From the NCBI GenBank assembly GCA_950097015.1, contig CATNEN010000001.1:17050001-17114000 (forward strand): a stretch of 64,000 bases of DNA, written 5' to 3'. This DNA comes from Macrostomum hystrix. Its lineage: Eukaryota; Animalia; Platyhelminthes. Under the pieces are notes generated by a model. That model saw only the letters and a list, made by a program, of their open reading frames with translations. It was not told the origin of the DNA and did not search any database. The position numbers and the translations under genes were made by a program. Each line of letters begins with the position of its first letter. The first letter of the stretch is position 1. Positions 22,801 to 32,939 of this stretch are shown here, one piece after another.

Positions 22801-25372
22801 TTTAGTCCGAGCTTGTCTTCCGCCGGCTTCCAAATCCGACTGCGAAGTTATCCTCATGGTTGGACTGCCCGGCGCCGGCAAAACTCATTGGGTTAGGCAG
22901 CATTTGGCTGAGAATCAGGATAAGCGCTACACTATACTGGCTAGCTATGCCGTGCTGGACAAGATGAGTGTGAGTTGAGCAATTCTGTAACTTGCTTCTA
23001 GTTGCTTTTCTTTTACAAGTTGTTACCCCAAATTCTGATCTTATCTTATCTTCTGATCCGGAAATCCCAAATCCTCATATTGTTCCATTATTAAAAAATC
23101 CCATTTCCCACCCGCAGGTATCCGGCAAGTCCAGACGGGATCTCACCCAGCCGCATCGTTGGCAACTGTTTCCTCAGCGTGCTACAGCCTGTGTGGCCAC
23201 TCTCTGCAAATTAGCCTCACTGCGACGCAGAAACTACATCATCGATTTGGTGAGTTGCTTATATTTTTTCTCGTGTTAAAGCAAGTTAATAATCCCAATA
23301 GTGTTTTATTGAGCCGGATTTTCCTATTTCCAAGAAGCAGCCCAGCGAGACCACTTTCTTTAATTAGGATGGAGTGATTTCTCCCAGTTTACTAATCCCC
23401 CGTAATGCAATCGCTCATTGATAAGCTGCGGAGTCGACCATTTACTCCAAGCCAGGTATATCCCATATTTAATTATCCCCTATCGTATGTTAATTGCTTC
23501 TGAACTTACAGCAAATCTACGCGTCACTGTGCAGAGAGAATTGCTTTTTTATTTAACGGACAGGACAAGCTAAAACTACAAAGGTTCAGATACCGTTTGG
23601 AAATTTCCCAGTGCCCAGATCCCCAAAGATACCCACAGCAAATGGAGAAAAAGAGACGCAGACGACACAAGGGCAGCGTGTGGCCAACTAAATCGCGCAT
23701 AATTGATTCATCGTTCGCTCCCCTCTCCCATTTTTTTCTCCACTCCACAACTGTCCATGATCTCCCCCGACCTGACCTGTGATGACCAATGCTAAAGACC
23801 AACGTTGTGCCAGCGGGCCAGTCGCAGCGAATTCGCCCATTCGCCGGCTTTAAACGCCGGGCTGTCGTTATTGTGCCGCCCAATGAGGAGGAATCGGTCA
23901 GGCGCGCCAGTCTGCCGCGCGTTAAAGAAGTCGGAAAGGAGGTAGCCGACAACGACCTGCTAGAGATGAAAGGTTTCTGCCCAACTGTTTGATTCTGCTT
24001 GTCATTATTTTACAGTATCTTTGTGCTCACACATTTTCTAACGCGGTAGAAACTTGCCTGAACTGAAATGCCTATTTTAATTTGCTCAGTTGATTATCTA
24101 TTTAATTATATTGATCTATCGATGCTCACTTGAATCAAATCTGACATCACTTTCCCCCCTTCCCCTCAAAAACACAACTCCGAACACCCGCACTACTCAG
24201 CCAAATTCGCGGTGCCCAGCTCCGATCTTATCGACGAGTTCATCTTTCCTGAGCTACCCGAAGCCGAGGCTCGCCTAGCTGTAGCCCAGTACAATCGCGA
24301 GGGCGGCCAGTCTGCTGCTTCAAATAGCTCCGCTTCGCGTTCCCGCGTCGGCTCCAGGTTCGATAACGACGACGGTGGAGATGCCGATCGTCAGCCGAGG
24401 CGACCTGGCGGCGATAACAGAGACCGGGACCGCGACAGGGATCGGGATCGCGACCGGGACAGGGACAGGAATCGAGACCGGGATCGCGATCGTGACAGAG
24501 ACCGCGACCGGGACAGAGACCGAGACCGCGACCGGGATCGTCAGGGTGGTCGCCGCGGCTTTGATCGCGGCTACAATCGCGACTTCCGCGGCGGCGGTGG
24601 TGGCGGCTTGGGTCGCGGCGGCGGCGGAGGGGGATTCGGTCGCGGGTTCGGCGATCAAGGTCGATTCGGTGGCGGTGGCGGCGGAGGTAGATTCGACCGA
24701 GGCGGAGGCGGTGGTGGCATCGGCGCCGGTTTTGGCGGTCGCGGAGGAGGAGGCTTCGGCGGTGGTGGCGGAGGAGGCGGCAGACGCGACAATGATCGAT
24801 TTAGCGGTGGAGGCCATCGGGACGATCGCAACCGCCGCTCTGGTGGATTCGGTGGCGGAGGCGGAGGCGGCAGCTTCAATCAGCACCGGGCTCCAGTGGC
24901 GGACCTGATGCAGCAGCAGGTCCAGCCGCTTTTGCCGCCTTCGCACGGCTCCAGTTGGGGTGGCAGCGGAGGCGGAGGTGGTCGTTACGGCGGACGAGGC
25001 AGCAGCGGTGGCGGAGGCAGTCGGTTTGGCAGCGGTGGCGGTCAGCCTCCAGTGCCTCAGCTGGCCTCCCTTGTGCCGCCGCCACCTCCGCAGCAGCTGC
25101 AGCAGCCATCGTTGTCTCATCTGGGAGTTGCGGCTCTGGCAGCCCAGCCGCCGCCGCCGCCTCCCCTGCCACCGGTGCATCATCAGCTGCAGACGCATCG
25201 TATGCCGCCACCGCCTCCACCGCCTGCGGCCATGCAGCAGCCGCAGTTTCAGCAGTTCCCGCAGTACCAGCAGCAGCCTACAGCCTGGCCTAGTATCGAT
25301 CACCAGCATCAGTCTGCTGGCTTTGGTCAGCAGCAGCAGCAGCAGCAGCAGCAATGGCCAGGTGGTTACTGA
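16882..25372 (+). CDS. HNRNPUL1: hnRNP U-like protein (SAP, SPRY/B30.2, P-loop, RGG, P/Q-rich tail). Exons 16882-17014, 19356-19507, 19597-20914, 21006-21118, 22424-22969, 23118-23249, 23798-23972, 24201-25372
   Basis: SAP-like LKVADLREELKKRNLSTKGLKAELTQRL; SPRY-like LDPYHCDLHLKV, WAGGRATHGV, QLGEAPNSYGYESTGK, GDVITCY; Walker A VILMVGLPGAGKTHW; RRRNYIIDL-TNV; RGG repeats. Phases agree across all introns. Paralog assignment (U, UL1 or UL2) is uncertain. Confidence 0.88.
18004..18644. mobile_element. MITE with ~24-bp TIRs and TA flanks (possibly Tc1/mariner-pogo type)
   Basis: GGGTAATGTATCATCAACCAAACA ... TGTTCGGTTGATGATACATTACCC, TA on both sides, internal copies of the TIR motif near 18190, 18211 and 18600. 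Confidence 0.75.
19630..20065 (+). repeat. Coding 27-bp minisatellite (EPVQPEATA)n in hnRNPU-like exon 3
   Basis: In frame with exon 19597-20914. Confidence 0.85.
21173..21253 (+). ncRNA. Intronic box C/D snoRNA candidate A
   Basis: C box ATGATGA at 21173, D' CAGA, internal hairpin AGCGT-GGACA/TGTCC-ACGCT, C' GTGATTGA, D box CTGA at 21250-21253. Guides TTGAGACAA and GCTTAATCTTT are antisense to the conserved 18S 5' sequence UUGUCUCAAAGAUUAAGC. Confidence 0.8.
21334..21397 (+). ncRNA. Intronic box C/D snoRNA candidate B
   Basis: C box ATGATGA, D' GTGA, hairpin AAGG-TACG-CCTT, C' ATGATTGA, D box CTGA. Long terminal stem TGGCAAT.TTTTCTTA / TAAGAAAA..ATTGCCA. Guides CATATGAC and GCTTAATCTTT are antisense to the 18S 5' end. 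Confidence 0.85.
21467..22346 (+). ncRNA. Tandem array of six box C/D snoRNA candidates (family C): 21467-21539, 21629-21701, 21791-21863, 21953-22024, 22114-22185, 22275-22346
   Basis: Each copy is ATGATGA...ATGAT(T/C)GAC...TTCTGA, 72-73 nt, with a 161-162 bp period. Copy 1 has terminal stem AGCAGCTT/AAGCTGCT. Same scaffold as candidates A and B. Confidence 0.78.
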
Positions 25373-26172
25373 GAGAATGATGTTAATAAATCTATGCGAG
25401 ACTTGTTTTACATTTGGCAGCCTTGCCGTTTAATATAAATTGATTAATCCTTTGTTATAACCGTTTACCAATCATCCTACTCGTTTGTTCGTTTTTTATT
25501 AGTCGTTTATCACAAGCGGAACTTCTATTAGGATGTCGTAATAAAAAGCAACTTGCTGTCCTTTAAAAGATCTTTGAAGCTTCAATTTTGTAAGCTAATT
25601 TATTTGTTTTATTCTAGACAAGTTTCGCTGTACTTGTTTTAGTACTGTTTTTGGTTTATTAGGTAGCTTAATCTGAGCTAGGTTTTCTATTAACTCCTTC
25701 GCCACCTTTTATTGCTGTGTAAATATTAGTACTGCTTTTGTGTCTGCTTTGACACATTTTCTAAGCTAAATATCATCTATTTCCAGCACTAGCAAAGCTT
25801 CACGCTTGTCGATTACTGAATTAGTTCTACCAATTTTCTGTTGCATTATCGTTTCGTTGTCATCTATCTATTATTCTCCCTTACTAATTTTCGCGCATAA
25901 TTTATTATTTGGTATTTTAATAATAAGTAACTTTATTTGTTGTTTTCTATTGTAATTTAATAAACAAATAAAATTCTCAGCTAATAATATCATTGTCTAT
26001 TATTATTAATGTATGACTAAAACTCTTGTTACTTTCTTATCATTGAGTTATACGAGTATTAAATATAATCTATATAATCAAAGTCTATCGTTTTCAGCTA
26101 ATTCGATCATCAAAATATAGAAAATCAATAAATTGCGATCCCTAGTAACCGTCGCTAAGCGAAATAAAGAGC

Positions 26173-26403
26173 ATGACTATCGCCGAGACGTGGGAACAAT
26201 TCTCCCAGGTTGTAGACATGATGTTCGCCGAAGACCCCAAGCGTTGTCGTGTCACCGTCAGCTATCGGCAGGCGCAGGGCAGTCTGGTCTTGAAGGTCAC
26301 CAATGATCACGTGACAGTCAAGTACAAGACTGAGCATGCTCAGGATGTGAAGAAATTGGAGAAACTAACCAGTCACTTGATGCGACAGTTGGTTTCCAAA
26401 TAG
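26173..26403 (+). CDS. SRP9: Signal recognition particle 9 kDa protein
   Basis: 76 aa: TWEQF..DPKRCRVTVSYR..GSLVLKVTND..VKYKTEHAQDVKKLEKLTSHLMR matches the SRP9 family. Confidence 0.95.
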   Translation: MTIAETWEQFSQVVDMMFAEDPKRCRVTVSYRQAQGSLVLKVTNDHVTVKYKTEHAQDVKKLEKLTSHLMRQLVSK

Positions 26404-26649
26404 TCTAAGCCTAGTTGAATTTTATGTACTCATTTTTCTGTGCATTGTCTTCTAAAAGCGTACGGGACTTTTGCATTCGTTTAATTATTTCCGTTTTAAG
26501 ACAGATTCGATAGCAGGTGTATTAGGTTCTGCTTATTGTGAGTGACATTTTCGAGTTCTTATTCTGTTTTTTTTTAGATTTTGAGACATTTTGTGTTCTT
26601 AAACTAAAGAGAATTAGATTTGAGAGTTCTCATTTTGGATCGAGTATAA

Positions 26650-26937
26650 TACTAATAGTTTTAGGAGAGCTGCGGGCAATGGCACATCATTTGGTGACAC
26701 TAGACCCGCAGCCAGCGAGGAGGCAATTCTGCCCATTTCGCTGACTCCTGAGCACACACGCACACAGGTGTGTACATCTGCCCTGACTTCCTCATGGTCA
26801 GGCAGTGTACACCCCTCACTGTGCCTTGGAGGTTGGCCCTCAAAGGGTGTAAATTGCACGACAAGCCACCAAGCCTTCTCTCCGCGGCTGCGCCCCAATT
26901 AAATGTGGCCTCGCCGTGGAATCGAACTCAGGAACCT
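26650..26937 (-). mobile_element. SINE family 1, copy B (5'-truncated)
   Basis: Reverse complement of the same body, B box GAGTTCGATTCC. Confidence 0.8.
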
Positions 26938-27098
26938 ATTCGAGCACAACTAAATCCATTTTTAACTTTAAAAGGCTAATAGTAACCTTGCTTAATCATC
27001 TAGTGTGATCTAATCATTATACTGTATTACTACTAATGCTAGTTCATTATTGTGTTAGTACAGTTTGAGTTGTCACTGGATGTGTTGACCGTATATTG

Positions 27099-27578
27099 CA
27101 GGGGTCGGCAACCTTATATACCCCGCGGGCTAAAGAGAGAATCTTAAAGACGACGGCGGGCCGCATGAAGAAAGGGGAGAGATGAGTGTGAGAGATACAA
27201 TTCAGACTACTGCAAGTAGAAAAGCAAAGACTTGGCTGCAAAACTCTCACATAACACTAAAAAATATCACCATAAAATGGCTAGCTTAAAAGAGACTTCT
27301 ATGCACACTAAGAGTGGGTCTCGGTCTGCCAGCGCGAGGTTCGTTCCCCACTTTTAGTGTGTTACAATGAGACAGGTGAGAAATGAGACGGGGGAGATAA
27401 GACGCAAGAGAGATGAGACGCGGGAGATAAGACGCAAGAGAGATGAGACAGGGGAGAGGTGAGACAGGGGAAAGATGAGATAGGGTGTACTGTAGAGGGT
27501 GTTAGGAGGAGCTAAGGGCCGGATTTCGGAGCTTCGAGGGCCGCATCTGGCCCGCGGGCCGGAGGTTGCCGACCCCTG
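27099..27578. mobile_element. hAT-family MITE
   Basis: TIRs CAGGGGTCGGCAACC / GGTTGCCGACCCCTG, perfect 8-bp TSD GTATATTG, GGGCCG subterminal motifs. Confidence 0.9.
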
Positions 27579-29274
27579 GTATATTGTAATTCGCATTTAT
27601 TTCAATATTGTGTTAAGCAGATAATTATTCCCATGAAAATCAACTAGGCCTAGCCCACAATGTTCATTAATCGGTTTGTTTGAAGAAAATATCGGTTTTA
27701 GAGATATTGTTTATCACCTGGCTGTCTTTGTCACTGTCTTGACCTCCGCGCTTTCCCAGATATTGCCTGTATTGTTTGCTTGTCCTTTGTTATTAGAAAA
27801 CGCATTGAGAGATACAAATTAATGGTGTTCCAACTCATGATTGTCATTCATCTGTGTTTGCTTATTTCTGTATTTCCTGTTGTTTTGCTTATAATCTGAC
27901 ATTACGCACTTCTCTACTTTGGTTGCTAATATAACAAATGTTTATCAAACAATACTAACTATGAAATATGTGTAAACCATTATTTATAACATAACAATAT
28001 GCTATGTCAGTCCCTATATATTATCCCGTAAGTCCAACTTATGCTTATATTTACCAATACTTATTGCTTGGCGTGTACTGTTCAAAGCTGTATTCAAATT
28101 ATTAACTACTTATAAATATACACATTAATTGCTGGCTAACTTTATTTCCTGATTGTTTTGCTTGCTTCTCTCCAGCCATTTCGGTTTCTGGGTTTAAAAA
28201 AAACAAATAATGAAATTTTTTTGTTTACTTTCTACTGGTAGTAGAGCAACAGGGATTTTATTTGCACTAGTTCTTATCTTTCGTGGTGTTAACTATAGCT
28301 GGCCCGCTGTAGAACAGACTGTTATCTCTTGCAACACAATTGCCTTGCCCTGCGTACCGGGGGAGGGGCAGGCAAGATTGAAAAAGCAGATTGGAGAAGC
28401 GTGTGGTGTGTGCTTTCATTCCATATTTGTACTGCTAATATTGACAGTGGGTCACTTTAAACTGGTTTCTGAACCGATTTTTTTTCAAGATCTTAATCTT
28501 GAATTTCTCTTTTTCACGACACACCGCGACAGAGTTTTGGTAACCATGGTATATTTATTATAAATACTACCATATATCCGCAAATTTAATTTTTAGAGCT
28601 GTTGCGGGTCTGATTAACCGGGTGTACAGCCTAGAATTTAGCCGCCTACTCGTAAATGCGTCACTGCTCAGAGCACCGCATGCAAATAAATTGTACTGTT
28701 ATGCAATCAGCCAGGTAGGGAAATAGTGAGGTCACGCACATCTTCAGGTCACAATGCTTGCAGCTTATTTATTAGTTGTATGCTGGTAAGTAGGACTGCT
28801 CAAAAGTCTATGTAGTTTCGGTGCAACTTAAATGGTTATTTTGTAAGCTGAGGATAGTGTTGGTTTTGAGTTAGCACCCGTCAAACAGACGGATCTTAAA
28901 CATTTAGGACAGTGTGACTTTAACGGCGCAATTTAGTGTATCAAATTTCACGAATTCGGGTTTGTCTTGGCTTTTTCTAAGAAGACCGTCTACAATTCGC
29001 ATGATTACTAGTATTCAACGAAAACTGGCTGTGCTGCCAAATTACTTGCTGACGTAAACATTTTAAAGATAAAACTGAAACAGTCAAGATTTTCACCGCA
29101 CAGTAATTAAATATTGAGAGTTATAAACTTGCTTTTCTACAGAAGAATAATGCCTGCATCGTGCAGCTATCGGCACGCGGAGCGGAAAATCTTACCGTAA
29201 CACAAACACACTAAGACATCAGGTGCGTGCACAGTAAGTGCATGGACCCTTAGTTTCACTAAAACACATTCTAT

Positions 29275-29930
29275 TTACCTTCCATTCTCTATCCATTCCA
29301 TCCTCTATCCATTCTTTTTTCTGTCCATTACATCCTCTATCCATTCCATCCTCTATCCATTCTATCCTCTATCCATTCCATCCTCTATTCATTCTATTTT
29401 CTGTCAATTCCATTCTCTATTCATTCCATCCTCTATCCATTCTATCCTCTATCCATTCCATTCTCTATTCATTCCATCCTCTATCCATTCTATCCTCTAT
29501 TCATTCCATCCTCTATTCATTCCATCCTCTATTCATTCCATCCTCTATCCATTCCATCCTCTATTCATTCCATCCTCTATTCATTCCATCCTCTATTCAT
29601 TCCATCCTCTATCCATTCTATTTTCTATCCATTCCATCCTCTATCCATTCCATCCTCTATTCATTCCATCCTCTATCCATTCTATTTTCTATCCATTCTA
29701 TTCTCTATCCATTCCATCCTCTATCCATTCTATTCTCTATCCATTCCATTTTCTGTCCATTCCATTCTCTGTCCATTCCATTCTCTATGCATTCCTTCCT
29801 CCATCCATTCCATTTCTGTCTATTCCATTTTCTATCCATTCCATCCTCTATCCATTTCTTTTTTCTCTATCCATTCCATTTTCTGTCCATTCCATTCTCT
29901 ATCCATTTCATCCTCTATCCATTCCACCCT
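29275..29930. repeat. TTCCA/CTCTAT-rich degenerate satellite
   Basis: Visible tandem units. Confidence 0.85.
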
Positions 29931-30636
29931 GTATATTTCGTATCTACTGTCTACTCTTCAATATCTCTTGTTTTACACAATTCTGAACCTATTTTGCTGT
30001 GTACCTAATTATTTATTAAATTTTTGATTTTGCATATTTTGTAACTCATGGAATATATTATACAGCTCCATTTATATGTTGCATTTATATGCCAGCTGGC
30101 CCAGAAAGGCATTGCCATCTACGACTAGATAGAAACAGCATTGAACTTCTATTTTTAGCAACAGATGCAATGACGTCAATCCGGCCAATATGTTCACAAC
30201 GCCGCACAACGAGGTGTCAAAATAGAGTTTTTCAATGCTGTACGCTAAGTCTAAGCATGTACATTTGGTCAAGTACATTTCTACATAATAAAATGTAGCC
30301 ATCTAAAATGGCGTGGTAAACAAGGCCGTATCTTCTTGAGGTAAGGGAGCCAAATTCTTTATCCACTCTCTCTCTCTTCTTCTACTGGCCAAATTGGCAA
30401 GCAGCAACTGCATTTTAGCCTTCAGAGCCTTCCTTTGAAGGCTTGTGGCAGAGTTTGCTTTCAGTTTCTAAAAATAGCAGCGCGACCCTCGCTCCGACCC
30501 CTTGTAGACAAAATATGCGCGCGGGTTTAGCCATAAAAGACCGCACTGCAATCTCATCAGACATGCAAATCTTTTAAACTGCAGTCTTGTGAAACACACA
30601 AAATACTCTACAGGCTTATAGATTAGCACACTAGAA

Positions 30637-31326
30637 ATGTCTAGCAAGAAGAACTGGTTCAGACGTCGAAGCGCCACCTCAATCGGTGGCAGCCCCGATA
30701 CTGAATATCCAACTAGGAAGCTTGTGATTGTCGGCGACGGCACCTGCGGCAAAACCTCACTATTGTTCGCCTTCACCAGGGACGAATTCTACGAGGCCTA
30801 CGTGCCGACCATCTTTGAGACATCCATTGTGGACATGGAGATACGGCCAGGTAAAGTCATCGCTCTGAGCCTGTGGGACACGGCTGGGCAAGAAGCCTAT
30901 GCTCGTCTTCGACCTCTGTCCTACACCGACACTCACGTCATCCTGATCTGCTTCGCCATGGACAGTCTGGACAGTTTCAACAATGTCCGCGACACCTGGA
31001 TCCCGGAGGTGCGCCACTACTGTCCCAGGGCGGCCCTGCTGTTAGTTGGCTGCAAGAATGATCTGGCGGTCGGCAGTTCCAGCGACTGCGTCAGTCGAGA
31101 TCAAGTTGAAAAGCTGGCCGTCAGTATCGGGGCCACCGGGCACTTCCTGTGCAGCGCAAAGACACGGGAGAATGTCACCGAGGTGTTCGAGTCAGCGGCC
31201 AGCGTGGCCTACGAAGCCGGCAAGAAGAAGTCGAAGGTTAGCGGCAGCCTCGGCAGCTGCTTCGGCGGAAGAAAGAACAAGCAACAGAAGAATATGAAGA
31301 AGTCTTTGGCAAGAGGAGCCAGGTGA
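30637..31326 (+). CDS. Rho-family small GTPase (RhoA-like core), single coding exon, no CAAX
   Basis: RKLVIVGDGTCGKT, YVPTIFE, LWDTAGQEAYARLRPLSY, VGCKND, CSAK. Confidence 0.92.
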   Translation: MSSKKNWFRRRSATSIGGSPDTEYPTRKLVIVGDGTCGKTSLLFAFTRDEFYEAYVPTIFETSIVDMEIRPGKVIALSLWDTAGQEAYARLRPLSYTDTHVILICFAMDSLDSFNNVRDTWIPEVRHYCPRAALLLVGCKNDLAVGSSSDCVSRDQVEKLAVSIGATGHFLCSAKTRENVTEVFESAASVAYEAGKKKSKVSGSLGSCFGGRKNKQQKNMKKSLARGAR

Positions 31327-31760
31327 ATATTAAGGAGGCCTTGAAAATCTAGAACAATCCGCAAATTACATTCTTCTTCACAGCCGTCTTTCTGCCGTCA
31401 TTTGTTCTCGAGTCTTTTCATCTTTTTCGACATCAAAATTCTTCTCCGCCGCAAATCGTCCATTATTGTCTTGTGACATTCAATTTTCAACGTCACTACT
31501 TTGTATCATAATTTGTATTCGAAATGGATAATCCTGTGTGTAAATTGGCTGAGTCGTTTCGATTGCTCACCTTTGCAAATTAATATTTCATTCAGTAATA
31601 CGAAATTGATGTTTGAGTATAGTGCCTAGCTTAAACTGTTTTATACTGTGCAAGTTAAATCAACTTCTAATATTCTTAAGTACACAAACTGCTTTTGCTG
31701 ATCTCTATTTAATTCAATTGTCTTCTTTTGAACTCATTTTCGAAGTGAAGGTAAAGAATT

Positions 31761-32605
31761 TGGGAATCATTCACAAACTGAGGGAATCATTCACAAACTG
31801 AGGGAATCATTCACAAACTGAGGAAATCATTCACAAACTGAGGGAATCATTCACAAACTGAGGGAATCATTCACAAACTGAGGGAATCATTCACAAACTG
31901 AGGGAATCATTCACAAACTGAGGGAATCATTCACAAACTGAGGGAATCATTCACAAACTGAGGGAATCATTCACAAACTGAGGAAATCATTCACAAACTG
32001 AGGGAATCATTCACAAACTGAGGGAATCATTCACAAACTGAGGGAATTATTCACAAACTGAGGGAATCATTCACAAACTGATGGAATCATTCACAAACTG
32101 AGGGAATCATTCACAAACTGAGGGAATCATTCACAAACTGAGGGAATCATTCACAAACTGAGGGAATCATTCACAAACTGAGGAAATCATTCACAAACTG
32201 AGGGAATCATTCACAAACTGAGGGAATCATTCACAAACTGAGGGAATCATTCACAAACTGAGGGAATCATTCACAAACTGAGGGAATCATTCACAAACTG
32301 AGGGAATCATTCACAAACTGAGGGAATCATTCACAAACTGAGGAAATCATTCACAAACTGAGGGAATCATTCACAAACTGAGGGAATCATTCACAAACTG
32401 AGGGAATTATTCACAAACTGAGGGAATCATTCACAAACTGATGGAATCATTCACAAACTGAGGGAATCATTCACAAACTGAGGGAATCATTCACAAACTG
32501 AGGGAATCATTCACAAACTGAGGAAATCATTCACAAACTGAGGGAATCATTCACAAACTGAGGAAATCATTCACAAACTGAATAAATCACTCACGAACTG
32601 AGAGT
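31761..32605 (+). repeat. 20-bp minisatellite (GGGAATCATTCACAAACTGA), about 42 units
   Basis: Tandem units with an internal 360-bp duplication (variant units at 32041 and 32401). Confidence 0.95.
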
Positions 32606-32939
32606 ATCATTAAAAAAGTGACATATAGAGCTATGCTTCTACTAATAGTAGCGCGTAAAATGAAAAGCTAACTAAGCGACTTTGATCAGATCTGAAAACA
32701 TTAGACTCATCGCTGATTCAGCTTCGGTCCAATCGGTGCAGAGACGGCAAAAGCGTTTCGCCCATAGTCAGTCGCATTGCAAAATAATTGCTGTCAACTT
32801 CCACATTGCAATCGTGTAATTGAAGTACTTTAAAAAGTTTAGAGTAAACAAACAAAAACAGTTTGATGCACTTGTATTTGTCTCCAAGAGCAAAGATATT
32901 AACAGCAAAAGCGATTTCTCCCAATGCTCTTTCATAGTC

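Noticed and set aside
23360-23515. H/ACA snoRNA in hnRNPU-like intron 6
   Set aside because: Only short hairpins; no convincing ANANNA hinge with two pocketed stems.
24320-25354. Antisense and alternate-frame ORFs over GC-rich exons (also 13645-14823, 33121-33816, 42299-43264)
   Set aside because: Shadow ORFs from GC-rich codon usage with no recognisable domains.
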